A DNA stretch of 24,171 nucleotides from Candidatus Bathyarchaeota archaeon (GTDB lineage: Archaea > Thermoproteota > Bathyarchaeia > Bathyarchaeales > Bathycorpusculaceae): contig DAOUSM010000001.1 in the NCBI GenBank assembly GCA_030627225.1, positions 1-24,171 of the forward strand, given 5' to 3'. Made by a program: the position numbers and the translations under genes. Each line of letters starts with the position of its first letter. Positions within the stretch are counted from its first letter, which is position 1. The notes under the pieces are model-generated. The model had not been told where the DNA came from. It saw only the letters and a list, made by a program, of their open reading frames with translations, and searched no databases. This document shows positions 8,134 through 17,744 of the stretch, in pieces.

Positions 8134-8456
8134 CTATATTTCTTTTAGGACTCTGCTGTCTATCCGTTGGAAGTACGTGTTCATTTGAGAAATTAGTTCT
8201 CGCCATTCTGGATTTCGGGCGAACTCCTTGGTTTTCTCTTCATCTTTATCAGTGCTGAATAGTTTGGGTATTCAAACCATGTTTCATACGTTGGTTCACC
8301 TATCAAAGTCACGAAATGCTTCACGGATTTCCACGTTGCACCATGAGATATAAGCCATTCATCAAGTCTTTTCTGCCATTCTAAGACTTTCCTGAAGTTT
8401 TCCTTCCCTTCAGCAGTCAACTTTTCTGTGATTACAAGGTATATCATACTTCTCAT
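8134..8456 (-). pseudogene. Small dimeric alpha+beta barrel (NIPSNAP-like) gene broken by a 1-nt frameshift near 8250 (pseudogene or sequence error)
   Basis: Frame A reads ...TWFEYPNYSAL and then becomes implausible. Shifting one base at 8250 gives DKDEEKTKEFARNPEWRELISQMNTYFQRIDSRVLKEI* (TAG at 8136-8134), a natural-looking C-terminal helix and strand. The fold call is from pattern only. Confidence 0.6.
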
Positions 8457-8535
8457 CTCATCCTTTTTTGCGGCTTTTAAACATATAAAATATAAGGGAG
8501 CTTCACAATAACAGAACCATCACCGAGGAATAAAA

Positions 8536-8724
8536 ATGGCTGAAAGGACAGCAACGTTAACTTTGGTTACATGCACAAGCTGTGGTAAACCGATACCGCC
8601 AGGAACAGAGGCTACAAAATTCCTTTGTCCAAACTGCGGAGAAATCCTGATAAGGCGATGTGCAAAGTGCAGAAAGTTTGGACGCCTATATAAGTGTCCG
8701 AAATGCGGTTTTGCTGGACCATAA
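8536..8724 (+). CDS. Zn-ribbon protein (DUF1610-like, conserved upstream of EF-1beta)
   Basis: CTSC, CPNCG, RCAKCR and [11 protein letters not shown]; directly upstream of EF-1beta. Confidence 0.88.
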   Translation: MAERTATLTLVTCTSCGKPIPPGTEATKFLCPNCGEILIRRCAKCRKFGRLYKCPKCGFAGP

Positions 8725-8745
8725 AATGCAAAAGGAGGGTGAAAA

Positions 8746-9021
8746 ATGGGTAGTGTTGTAATTTCCTACAAAATCTTCCCAATAGACATAAAGGTTGACT
8801 TTAATGAATTGAGAAGGAAGATTGAAGATTGCTTACCTGAGTTTGCCTCGATTTACGGTTTTGGAGAAGAACCAATAGCTTATGGCTTAAACGCCTTAAT
8901 TGCCCACATAAAAATTCCAGAGGACAAATCAGGCGTGCTTGATGAGCTTGAGAAGAAATTTGAGGAGATAAGCGAAATAAGCCAAGTTCAACCGGTTATG
9001 GTGCGTAAAACGAGCAGATAG
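8746..9021 (+). CDS. ef1b: Translation elongation factor 1-beta
   Basis: KIFPIDIKVD, EEPIAYGLNALIAHI, LDELEKKF; 91 aa, the typical aEF-1beta size. Confidence 0.93.
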   Translation: MGSVVISYKIFPIDIKVDFNELRRKIEDCLPEFASIYGFGEEPIAYGLNALIAHIKIPEDKSGVLDELEKKFEEISEISQVQPVMVRKTSR

Positions 9022-9030
9022 CCTTAAACA

Positions 9031-9038
9031 TTTATATA
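9031..9038 (+). promoter_or_regulatory. TATA box upstream of cdc48
   Basis: TTTATATA preceded by an A-rich BRE-like TTAAACA, about 50 nt upstream of the TTG start. Confidence 0.55.
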
Positions 9039-9089
9039 GGAATGAAACTCTGTTTCGGACAGTACAGCATAATTATAGAAGGGTTCTAA

Positions 9090-11261
9090 TTGGTTGAAGT
9101 GCAATTACGTGTCGGTGATGCAAGACAGCGGGATGTTGGAAGGGGCATAGCCCGCATAGACCAGAGAACAATGCGAAAGCTAGGCATATCAGCAGGCGAC
9201 GTAGTAGAAATAGTTGGCAAAAGAACAACATCAGCCATAGCTTGGCCAGCCTACAGTGAAGACCAAAACCGAGAAATAATACGCATAGACGGTTTCACCC
9301 GCAAAAACGCAGGAGTAGCGATAAACGAATATGTTGTTGTAAGACCAGCAAAAGTCAAAAACGCCTTAAACGTCACACTTGCACCAGTGGATATGAGACT
9401 GAATGTTGACGAAGACTTCATGAACTTTGTTAAAAACCGCCTAATGGAGAGAACCTTGATTGAAGGTGACACAACGCTTGTTATGATGCTGGGTCATGCC
9501 ATACCCTTCACCGTGACAAAGACACGGCCACATGGCATAGTGAAAGTTACTCCGGAAACGAGACTGACAATTCTAAATGAGCCAGCACCTGAGGGAAGAG
9601 GACTGCCAAGAACAACATACGAAGACATCGGAGGACTACGTGAGGAAATGCAAAGAGTGAGGGAAATGGTTGAGCTTCCACTAAGGCATCCTGAACTGTT
9701 TCAAAGGCTGGGAATAGACCCGCCTAAAGGGGTGCTGCTTCATGGTTTTCCTGGCTGCGGTAAAACCCTTTTGGCTAGGGCTGTGGCAAACGAGTCGGAA
9801 GCAAACTTCTTCTCAATAAACGGACCAGAAATAATGAGCAAGTTCTACGGAGAATCAGAAGCAAGACTTCGGGAAATTTTCCAGCAAGCTCAGCAGAACT
9901 CCCCAAGCATAATATTCATCGACGAACTAGACGCAATAGCGCCTAAACGTGAAGAAGTCACGGGCGAAGTCGAAAGACGTGTAGTTGCACAGCTCTTGGC
10001 ATTAATGGACGGCTTATCTGGAAGGGGAAACGTTATAGTAATAGGGGCCACAAACAGGCCAGGCGCCCTTGACCCGGCCCTCCGCAGACCGGGCAGATTC
10101 GACAGAGAAATTGAGATAGGCGTTCCAGACAAGCAAGGAAGATACGAAATACTACAAATCCATACTCGCGGAATGCCATTGGCAGAAGATGTTGACCTTA
10201 AAAAGTTGTCTGAAATAACTCATGGGTACACTGGTGCAGACCTTGCCGCCTTATGCAGGGAAACAGCAATGAAAGCCCTACGCAGGTATCTGCCACAAAT
10301 AAACCTGGAAGAGGAACGCATACCACCAAGCGTGCTGGAGAAAATGGAAGTGAAAATGGATGACTTCATCAACGCTTACAAGGAGATAACGCCCACCGCC
10401 ATGCGAGAAGTATACATAGAAGTGCCCACAGTCCACTGGGACGCCATCGGCGGACTGGAAGAAGTTAAACAAGAGCTTAAAGAAGCCGTGGAATGGCCGC
10501 TAAAAAATCCTGAAATCTTTAAGAGGCTTGGGATAAATCCACCTAGAGGAATACTGCTTTATGGCCCTCCTGGATGTGGTAAAACCCTTTTGGCCAGAGC
10601 CGTTGCAACAGAGAGCGAAGCCAACTTCATAACGATTAAAGGTCCAGAAGTCTTCTCAAAATGGGTCGGCGAATCTGAGAAGGCAATAAGAGAGGTCTTC
10701 AGAAAAGCCAGAATGGCAGCTCCAGCAGTAATATTTTTCGATGAAATCGACTCGCTTGCGCCCAGAAGAGGTCTAGGTTTCGCAGACAGCGGAGTAACGG
10801 AACGAGTCATCAGCCAGCTTTTAACAGAGATGGATGGAATCGTAACCTTAGAAGACATAGTTATCATGGCCGCCACAAACAGACCAGATATTGTGGACCC
10901 AGCAGTGCTTCGCCCAGGAAGATTTGACAGGCTGATATATGTGCCTTCACCCGATGAGAAAAGCCGACTTCAAATATTCAAAATATACACTGAAACTATG
11001 CCGTTGGCAAAGGATGTAAACCTAGAACATTTAGCCTCTATAACCCAGAATTACTCCGGCGCAGACATAGAAGCCCTTTGCAGAGAAGCCGCCATGCATG
11101 CTCTGAGAAGAGATGTAAATGCTAAAGAAGTCACGAAGGAGGATTTCCAAGAAGCAATGAAGATGATTGGGCCTTCAGTCACGCCGGACATGGAGAAATG
11201 GTATAAAAGCTTTATCCGGCAAATTAGGCAAGTGCAGAAGCCAGCAACACCAGTTGCTTAG
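9090..11261 (+). CDS. cdc48: Cdc48/p97/VAT-family AAA+ ATPase
   Basis: N-domain [10 protein letters not shown], two AAA modules (GFPGCGKT / IFIDELD and GPPGCGKT / IFFDEID), and RRPGRFDR / LRPGRFDR arginine fingers. Confidence 0.97.
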   Translation: MVEVQLRVGDARQRDVGRGIARIDQRTMRKLGISAGDVVEIVGKRTTSAIAWPAYSEDQNREIIRIDGFTRKNAGVAINEYVVVRPAKVKNALNVTLAPVDMRLNVDEDFMNFVKNRLMERTLIEGDTTLVMMLGHAIPFTVTKTRPHGIVKVTPETRLTILNEPAPEGRGLPRTTYEDIGGLREEMQRVREMVELPLRHPELFQRLGIDPPKGVLLHGFPGCGKTLLARAVANESEANFFSINGPEIMSKFYGESEARLREIFQQAQQNSPSIIFIDELDAIAPKREEVTGEVERRVVAQLLALMDGLSGRGNVIVIGATNRPGALDPALRRPGRFDREIEIGVPDKQGRYEILQIHTRGMPLAEDVDLKKLSEITHGYTGADLAALCRETAMKALRRYLPQINLEEERIPPSVLEKMEVKMDDFINAYKEITPTAMREVYIEVPTVHWDAIGGLEEVKQELKEAVEWPLKNPEIFKRLGINPPRGILLYGPPGCGKTLLARAVATESEANFITIKGPEVFSKWVGESEKAIREVFRKARMAAPAVIFFDEIDSLAPRRGLGFADSGVTERVISQLLTEMDGIVTLEDIVIMAATNRPDIVDPAVLRPGRFDRLIYVPSPDEKSRLQIFKIYTETMPLAKDVNLEHLASITQNYSGADIEALCREAAMHALRRDVNAKEVTKEDFQEAMKMIGPSVTPDMEKWYKSFIRQIRQVQKPATPVA

Positions 11262-11272
11262 GAGCACCATTT

Positions 11273-11506
11273 ATGACCATTAAAACTTGGAAAACCCATC
11301 CTGTCCACCATGTTATGCTGGAAATCTTAAAAAGAAAAAAAGCCATGACAGACATGGAGCTTTTCGAAGCTTTAACCGAGGAGTTTAAAGACATAGGCTT
11401 TAAAGATTTCAACGAGCTACTAATGCGATTAGAAATCGCAGGGAAAATCCGCACAACCTCCATGGCTCGTGGGAAGAGGCGAGTTGAGCTTATAACCGAA
11501 GAATAG
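11273..11506 (+). CDS. Small winged-helix-like hypothetical protein downstream of cdc48
   Basis: 77 aa with a helix-helix-helix-hairpin pattern (MTDMELFEAL...FNELLMRLEIAGKIRT...RVELI), 11 nt after cdc48. Confidence 0.6.
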   Translation: MTIKTWKTHPVHHVMLEILKRKKAMTDMELFEALTEEFKDIGFKDFNELLMRLEIAGKIRTTSMARGKRRVELITEE

Positions 11507-11545
11507 TCTTTTCATTTAAACGCAAATAGTTTAGCGTGTAAGTGC

Positions 11546-12769
11546 ATGAAATCTTTTTTAGACGTGGTTGTCGTTGGAGGTGGACCATGCGGTTCCTTCG
11601 CAGCCTTGAACCTCGCAAAATTTGGAGTTAACGTAAAAGTTTTTGAGGAGCACGAGGAAATAGGTGTTCCATCCCATTGCGCTGGTCACTTAAACATCAG
11701 TAGTCTAAAACTTTTGGGATTGCATCCTCTGCCTCCCGAAATTGTTGAAAACACTTTTTACGGAGCAATTTTTCACTCTCCAACAGATAAGGAATTTTCC
11801 ATACGCTTTTCTTCACCAGTAACATGCGCTGTCAACCGCGCCCTCTTCGACAAATACATCGCAGAGATGGCAAAAAAAGCTGGAGCGCACTATTCCCTAA
11901 ATTCAATGGTTGAATCTCTAATAATTGAAAACGATTTTGTAAAAGGAGTCGTTGTCAAGCGTGAAAACACCCGAAAAAGTTTTCCAGCTAAAATTGTAGT
12001 GGATGCGGAAGGATTATCTTCAAAAATTTTGAGGCAGGCGGGCTTGCTCGCATTTAATCGTCATATGCTTGTTAATGCTGTGCAGGCTGAGGTTGAAAAT
12101 GTTAAAGACACGGAAACAGGCATGGTTGAAATATTCCTTGGAAAGAATTATGCCCCAGGTTTTTACGCATGGCTAATGCCCAAGCATGATGGAAAAGCAA
12201 AGGTTGGATTGGCCGCAAAAATTGGGAATCCGAAAGAGCTTTTGCAGAAGCTGATGGCTAAACATCCAGCAGCGTCTAAAAAATTGCGCACGGCAAAAAT
12301 CTTGCAGACATCATTTCATCCCATAACGCTTGGAGGACCAATTCCCAAAACATATTCAGACGGATTCCTAGCCGTGGGAGACACAGCCTCGCAGGTGAAG
12401 CCTACAACGGGCGGTGGTGTAATCTTCGGGATAACGTGTGCACGCGTTGCAGCTAAAACTATCCATGAGGCTTTGCATGAAAACGATTTTTCATCAGGAT
12501 TCCTAAGTGCATACCAGAAAAGATGTGATGAGATTTTGGGTTTTGATGCGAAGTTTATGCTTAAGATGAGGAAAATGCTTAATGCAATGTCAGATGACAA
12601 AATCGACAAGGCAATTAACCTTTGCACAAAAATCGGCCTAGACAAACCACTTCAAAACATCAGAGACATAGACTTCCAGGGACGCTCCCTTTTACGCATG
12701 TTATGGAATCCACGAGTACCTGTGGCTCTTCTCTATTTCCTCTTCTCATACTTATCTGCGAATCCTTAA
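11546..12769 (+). CDS. Geranylgeranyl reductase family FAD oxidoreductase (digeranylgeranylglycerophospholipid reductase-like)
   Basis: DVVVVGGGPCG Rossmann motif, PSHCAG, NRALFDKYIA, FYAWLMP and VGDTASQVKPTTGGGV. Confidence 0.88.
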   Translation: MKSFLDVVVVGGGPCGSFAALNLAKFGVNVKVFEEHEEIGVPSHCAGHLNISSLKLLGLHPLPPEIVENTFYGAIFHSPTDKEFSIRFSSPVTCAVNRALFDKYIAEMAKKAGAHYSLNSMVESLIIENDFVKGVVVKRENTRKSFPAKIVVDAEGLSSKILRQAGLLAFNRHMLVNAVQAEVENVKDTETGMVEIFLGKNYAPGFYAWLMPKHDGKAKVGLAAKIGNPKELLQKLMAKHPAASKKLRTAKILQTSFHPITLGGPIPKTYSDGFLAVGDTASQVKPTTGGGVIFGITCARVAAKTIHEALHENDFSSGFLSAYQKRCDEILGFDAKFMLKMRKMLNAMSDDKIDKAINLCTKIGLDKPLQNIRDIDFQGRSLLRMLWNPRVPVALLYFLFSYLSANP

Positions 12770-12807
12770 AATCATAAAGAATGAACCTAAAAGCGGTTGA
12801 GAAAGAC

Positions 12808-13170
12808 ATGTCTGAATTCCATTACAAACAAGTCATTGTTTTCCGTTCCGACTTGAAAATGAGCAAGGGAAAAATTGCAGCGCAAGCTGGACACGCTGCA
12901 GTTTCAGCAGCGGAAGAAGCACGCAAACATTTCAAAGAATGGTGGAAAGCATGGATGAAAGAGGGGCAATGTAAAATAGCCGTTAAAGTGAAAAGCGAAA
13001 AAGAACTGCTGGAACTGGAAAAACAAGCAAAAGAGTTGGCACTACCCTGTGCCTTAATCATCGACAGAGGCCTCACAGAAGTTCCTCCCGAGACAATAAC
13101 ATGTTTGGGAATAGGCCCAGCACCCACCGAAAAGATAGACAAAATAACCAGCATGCTTCCCCTTCTCTAG
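12808..13170 (+). CDS. pth2: Peptidyl-tRNA hydrolase 2
   Basis: KQVIVFRSDLKMSKGKIAAQAGHA, KIAVKV, IIDRGLTEVPPET.TCLGIGP and TSMLPLL. ATG 12808 is preferred over 12781. Confidence 0.96.
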   Translation: MSEFHYKQVIVFRSDLKMSKGKIAAQAGHAAVSAAEEARKHFKEWWKAWMKEGQCKIAVKVKSEKELLELEKQAKELALPCALIIDRGLTEVPPETITCLGIGPAPTEKIDKITSMLPLL

Positions 13171-13182
13171 AAGGCACAAGCT

Positions 13183-14568
13183 TTGTTTGTTCCTAAATTG
13201 GAGAAGTTCATAGGCATTGAGGTTTATGTTACAAGTCCTCCGGGTATTGGTGGATTTATTCGGCACACTGCCGAAGATTTTGTTGTTGAGGAAGTTTTGG
13301 TTGATGGCTCCAAGGCGGAAGTAAGCCTGTCTGAAAACTATGTTAAGCATGGAGTGTTAGGGTCTTCCATTGCTGGGAATCGCTTTCTGCTGTGCGTTTT
13401 GGTGAAGCGAAACTGGGACATGTTTTTAGCTCTTAGGGCGATTGCTGAACAGTTGGGCATAAGCGTGAAGCGCATTCAAACTGCTGGCATAAAAGATGCG
13501 AAGGCTGTCACCGCCCAACACATCACAATTGAAGGTGTATCAGCCGAAGAAATTCAAAAAGTTCAAGTTAAAGACATAAAAATCCATCCAATAAACTATT
13601 TCCACAGCAAACTTTCATCATACTATCTTTTAGGAAATTGCTTCCATATCACCATCAGAGCCGTAAGCCACTTAAAACCCACAATTAAAGAACGAATAAC
13701 AAAAACTATTAAAGAGCTTAAAGCGATTGGTGGAGTTCCGAATTTTTTTGGTCACCAACGCTTCGGCACGATCCGTCCGATAACACACCTTGTTGGGAAA
13801 GCACTTGTTCAAGGAAATTTTAAGAAAGCTGCAATGATTTTTCTGGCGAAGCCAAGTCCTCATGAGCATCCAGAATCCAGACAAGCACGCCAACAGCTAC
13901 AAGCAACACAAGATTTCAACCAAGCCCTAGAGAACTTCCCAAAACAATTACATTACGAACGCTTAATGCTTAGACACTTAACAAAAAAACCAGATGATTT
14001 CATAGGCGCCTTTAGACGACTGCCAATAAAGCTGAAGGAGCTTTTTCCTCAAGCCTATCAGGCTTACCTTTTCAACAGGTTCCTAAGCAGAAGAATTAAA
14101 GAGGGGCTTTCGCTGAACAGAGCTGAAGTTGGAGACTATGTTGTAAACGTGGAGCGTTCTGGACTGCCAATGATAAGAATGCATAGAATGGCAAGCACAG
14201 AAACAGTTACAGAAATCAATAAGGCAATCCAAACTGGAAAAATGCGGTTGGCAATCCCATTAGTTGGCTTCAAACAGCAACTATCCAGAGGTGTTCAAGG
14301 AGAAATCGAAAAACAAATTCTAGAGGAGGAGGGGATGTCTTTGGAAAAATTCAAAATTGATGCAATGCCAGAAATCAGCGCAAGGGGAGAGCTGCGGACT
14401 ATGATAACCCCACTAAATAATTTCTTGCTAAAAGAAATTTCAAAAGACTTCACCAACCCATCAAGACAGAAAGCAGAAGTAAGCTTCACGTTATATCGCG
14501 GTTCCTACGCAACAATAATCCTGAGAGAACTTATGAAACCACGCAACCCAATAAAAGCAGGATTTTAA
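13183..14568 (+). CDS. truD: tRNA pseudouridine(13) synthase TruD
   Basis: EDFVVEE, AGIKDAKAVTAQ (catalytic Asp), VPNFFGHQRFG, QAYQAYLFNRFLS and FTLYRGSYATIILRELM. Confidence 0.95.
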   Translation: MFVPKLEKFIGIEVYVTSPPGIGGFIRHTAEDFVVEEVLVDGSKAEVSLSENYVKHGVLGSSIAGNRFLLCVLVKRNWDMFLALRAIAEQLGISVKRIQTAGIKDAKAVTAQHITIEGVSAEEIQKVQVKDIKIHPINYFHSKLSSYYLLGNCFHITIRAVSHLKPTIKERITKTIKELKAIGGVPNFFGHQRFGTIRPITHLVGKALVQGNFKKAAMIFLAKPSPHEHPESRQARQQLQATQDFNQALENFPKQLHYERLMLRHLTKKPDDFIGAFRRLPIKLKELFPQAYQAYLFNRFLSRRIKEGLSLNRAEVGDYVVNVERSGLPMIRMHRMASTETVTEINKAIQTGKMRLAIPLVGFKQQLSRGVQGEIEKQILEEEGMSLEKFKIDAMPEISARGELRTMITPLNNFLLKEISKDFTNPSRQKAEVSFTLYRGSYATIILRELMKPRNPIKAGF

Positions 14569-14638
14569 CTATCTTTGTTTGCTGTGAGAGTAAACGTAGA
14601 AAAACCACTTAGAACTAAGTATAAATGGTGGAGATCTG

Positions 14639-15487
14639 ATGAAATATCAACGTTTTTTAACTCCCGGCTTTAAACCTTTTGATCCTTTAGAGTTGGCGAG
14701 GGAAACAGAGAAGATAGTTACCAGACAAGGGTATGAGGGGCTTGAAAGGAAATACACAGATTTTTATTCCGTGCCGGTTTATAGAGGAATTGCAACTGGC
14801 TATGCGGCTGGTTGCTGTTTGCGCTGCGTATATTGTTGGAGCAATTGGTCGAGGGATTTCCCTGAAAGGTTCGGAAAATTCTATTCTCCTAAAGAGGTTG
14901 CCCAAAGACTCTTCAAAGCTGCGGAAGATGGCATAGTATACTCTGATTACTGGAGAAGGCTTATCCCCAAAGTGAATAAACTTCGCCTTTCAGGCTGCGA
15001 ACCAACAATAGGAAAAGAACACTTACTGGCAGTCTTAAAGTATGTAGAAGATTCAAAATATCCGCTTTTCATCCTTGAAACAAACGGAATACTATTTGGT
15101 GCTGACAGAGAATACGTGAAAAAAGTAGCGAAGTTTTCGTCAAAGATTTATGTTCGAGTCTCATTCAAAGCGGCGACTCCAGAAGGTTTCACCCAAAGAA
15201 CAGGAGGCATAGGCGAATACTATGAACTTCCATTTAAAGCATTAGAGTACCTTTTAGATGAAGGAATTTTTGCAAGGGCAGCGGCTATGACTGATCCTAA
15301 AATCATGCCCAAGAAAGAAAGGAAAATCTTGATAGAAAAGCTAAGCGAAATCGATCCTAGATATAGAAAAGGCGAGCTAGAAGAAGAAACAATAGATCCC
15401 TATGACACTTCAATCAAACGCTTAAAAGCCTTTACGGAGAGGGAATTTGCAAAGAAGCTTGAAGAAAAGCTGAAGACAAAGGTTTAG
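14639..15487 (+). CDS. Radical SAM protein of unknown function
   Basis: CxxxCxxC motif (GCCLRCVYC), LRLSGCEPTI, FILETNGI and VRVSFKA. Confidence 0.85.
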   Translation: MKYQRFLTPGFKPFDPLELARETEKIVTRQGYEGLERKYTDFYSVPVYRGIATGYAAGCCLRCVYCWSNWSRDFPERFGKFYSPKEVAQRLFKAAEDGIVYSDYWRRLIPKVNKLRLSGCEPTIGKEHLLAVLKYVEDSKYPLFILETNGILFGADREYVKKVAKFSSKIYVRVSFKAATPEGFTQRTGGIGEYYELPFKALEYLLDEGIFARAAAMTDPKIMPKKERKILIEKLSEIDPRYRKGELEEETIDPYDTSIKRLKAFTEREFAKKLEEKLKTKV

Positions 15488-15506
15488 AAAGAGTAACAGA
15501 GAGCAC

Positions 15507-16373
15507 TTAAAGGTTATAAAAAGCATCCTTAACCGGAAAACCGTAATCCAATCTACGCATATCTTCTTCGCTTAATCTCCATCCAATTGCACCCAAGTTT
15601 TCTTTTATATGCTCTATTCTTACCGCTTTAGGTATCGTAACGATGTTTGGCTTAGAGATAAGCCAATTGAGCGCTATCTGAGCCTGCGTCTTACCATACT
15701 TTTCCGCCAACTCATCCAACAGCTTTATCCCAGGCTTCGCTAATTCTCCTTTAGCAAGTGGCCTATAAGCAATAATCAGGATGCCCTTTTTCTGGCAATA
15801 AGGAATTATTTTCGATTCCATGTCCTTGGTATGCTGCCCTAAATCTCTAACTAGCAAGTTGTACTCTATTTCGTTGGCAACTATTTTGTTCTTGGCATGT
15901 TGCTGCGCTTCTTCAATTTGCTCGACTGAAAAGTTACTTACGCCAATAAATCTGGCAAGCTCGTTTTCGGCCACATAGTCCATCGCCTTCATTGTTTCTT
16001 CGATTGGAATACTTCTGTTGGGTGTATGAACAAGATACAAGTCGATGTAGTTCGTCTTCAACCTTTTTAGGCTTCTTTTAGCCGCTTCAATCACGTCTTT
16101 ATATCTCATATTTGACCACTTCACCTTGGTTGTTATAAAAAGTGCTTCCCTATCGAACTCTTTAATCGCTTCACCTACCAACTCTTCAGCGTGCCCATTT
16201 CCGTAAAGTTCCGCAGTGTCTATATGCGTCATTCCGAGTCTAACCGCAGTTTTTATGGCAAGCATACACTCCTTATCCTGTGTCCTATCCGCCCTCAATC
16301 CACCACCCATCTTCCAAGTTCCAATACCAAGAACAGGAATCTTAACACCATCAGCTAATTCTTTGAACTCCAT
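15507..16373 (-). CDS. Aldo/keto reductase
   Basis: LGIGTW, HIDTAELYGNG, ITTKV, DLYLVH, IGVSNFS, AYRPLAKG, AQIALNWL and IPKA...HIKENL. ATG 16373 follows GGAAGGT; the ORF extends to 16409. Confidence 0.93.
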   Translation of the reverse strand: MEFKELADGVKIPVLGIGTWKMGGGLRADRTQDKECMLAIKTAVRLGMTHIDTAELYGNGHAEELVGEAIKEFDREALFITTKVKWSNMRYKDVIEAAKRSLKRLKTNYIDLYLVHTPNRSIPIEETMKAMDYVAENELARFIGVSNFSVEQIEEAQQHAKNKIVANEIEYNLLVRDLGQHTKDMESKIIPYCQKKGILIIAYRPLAKGELAKPGIKLLDELAEKYGKTQAQIALNWLISKPNIVTIPKAVRIEHIKENLGAIGWRLSEEDMRRLDYGFPVKDAFYNL

Positions 16374-16473
16374 ACCTTCCACTTCAATGTTAAAATCATT
16401 TTTATTCACAATTTTAATAGGATTATTAGTAAATACCTTTGTTAAAAATTAAAAATCTCAGATTGAGGGATGA

Positions 16474-17094
16474 GTAATATTCGGACTTCTGTGTCTTCTG
16501 TTTCTCGGCTTCGCTGTTGGGCTCAGTGGTGCCATTATTCCTGGGCCTCTTTTAGCCTTTGTTATTTTTGATTCATCTAGAAAGCGTAAGATAACTGGTC
16601 ATTTGGTCATTGTTGGACACGCGTTATGGGAGGCATTGGTGATCTATCTGATTCTCCTAGGCCTAAGCAGTGTAATGACACAATATGGAAGCTTTATTTA
16701 CGTAGCAGGGGGATTTGTGCTAATTCTGATGGGTGCGTTTATGATTAAAAGCAGAAGCGAAGAGGTTAAGGTTGAACAATCTAAGGTTAACTCATCCATA
16801 CTTGGCGGGGTTTTCTACACAGCCTTTAACCCAACTCAGCCCGTGTGGTGGGCCACAGCAGGTTTGGCATTACTGCTTCAGGGCTTAGAGCTTATGGGAA
16901 CAGTTGGAATAGCCACTGTCACGATAGGCCACTGGCTCGCAGACCTAACCTACTACACCTTCATATCCTACATGATCTACAAATACGGCAGGTACATAAA
17001 CCCGTGGCAAAGGCAAATATCAATAATCCTCGGACTTTTCATCGCCATACTAGGCTTATATTTCATGATCCGTGGAATCAGTTTAACAGTATGA
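16474..17094 (+). CDS. LysE/RhtB-family transporter (start codon unclear)
   Basis: The frame is open from 16474: VIFGLLCLLFLGFAVGLSGAIIPGPLLAFVI...GHALWE...FNPTQPVWW. The LysE N-terminal 'SGAxxPGP' lies upstream of the ORF-track start at 16603. There is an in-frame TGA at 16471. Confidence 0.75.
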   Translation, partial: VIFGLLCLLFLGFAVGLSGAIIPGPLLAFVIFDSSRKRKITGHLVIVGHALWEALVIYLILLGLSSVMTQYGSFIYVAGGFVLILMGAFMIKSRSEEVKVEQSKVNSSILGGVFYTAFNPTQPVWWATAGLALLLQGLELMGTVGIATVTIGHWLADLTYYTFISYMIYKYGRYINPWQRQISIILGLFIAILGLYFMIRGISLTV

Positions 17095-17741
17095 GGACGC
17101 CTACCATGTTAAAAGTTGTATCCTTTGATGTGGGAGGAACATTAATAGATTTTTACTATGCGGACTATGTTTGGAACGTGGCAATTCCTCAACTATACGC
17201 TAGAAAAAAGGACATAAGTTTCGAGGAAGCAAAGGATTACGTTTTGAAGGAGTATGACCGCATAGGCAGCAACGACATCAGATGGTATTTACCCGAATAC
17301 TGGTTTAAACGTTTTAACTTGGATGAAGATCCGATGGAGGTTTTTAAATCCCACATCGATAAAGTGAGATTTTATCCAGAGGTGCCATCGGTTCTAGAAA
17401 ACTTAAGCCAAAAGTACGATTTGATTATTGTTAGCAGTACTCCAAGAAATGTTATTGAGATTGTGATAGAAAAAATCAAGCATTATTTCAAACATATCTT
17501 CTCCTCAGTTTCAGATCGTAGAGAAGTAAAGAAGACACCTCAGTTTTATGAAATGATCTGTAAGGTTTTGGGGATTGAACCTTTAGTTATGGTGCATGTT
17601 GGCGACGAATGGTATTCAGATTTTATTGCTCCAAGAAAGGCGGGCGTTAAGAGCTTCTTTCTGGAGAGAACTGGAGAAAAAAGCGGAAAATTTGTAATCA
17701 AAGATTTGATGGAACTGAAAAGATCGGTGGATTCCGTTTAA
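17091..17741 (+). CDS. HAD-superfamily hydrolase
   Basis: FDVGGTL (motif I), IIVSST, KKTPQFY and HVGDEWYSD. ATGA overlap with the LysE stop; the alternative start is 17106. Confidence 0.88.
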   Translation: MRTPTMLKVVSFDVGGTLIDFYYADYVWNVAIPQLYARKKDISFEEAKDYVLKEYDRIGSNDIRWYLPEYWFKRFNLDEDPMEVFKSHIDKVRFYPEVPSVLENLSQKYDLIIVSSTPRNVIEIVIEKIKHYFKHIFSSVSDRREVKKTPQFYEMICKVLGIEPLVMVHVGDEWYSDFIAPRKAGVKSFFLERTGEKSGKFVIKDLMELKRSVDSV

Positions 17742-17744
17742 TTT

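Noticed and set aside
8274-8285. A 12-nt match (GAAACATGGTTT on the minus strand) to the pcm 3' splice-site region
   Set aside because: A short AT-rich match is expected by chance among all pairs in 24 kb, and there is no BHB context here.
16845-17090. Long N-terminal extension of the HAD ORF
   Set aside because: It overlaps the LysE gene in another frame, and HAD motif I starts right after ATG 17091/17106.
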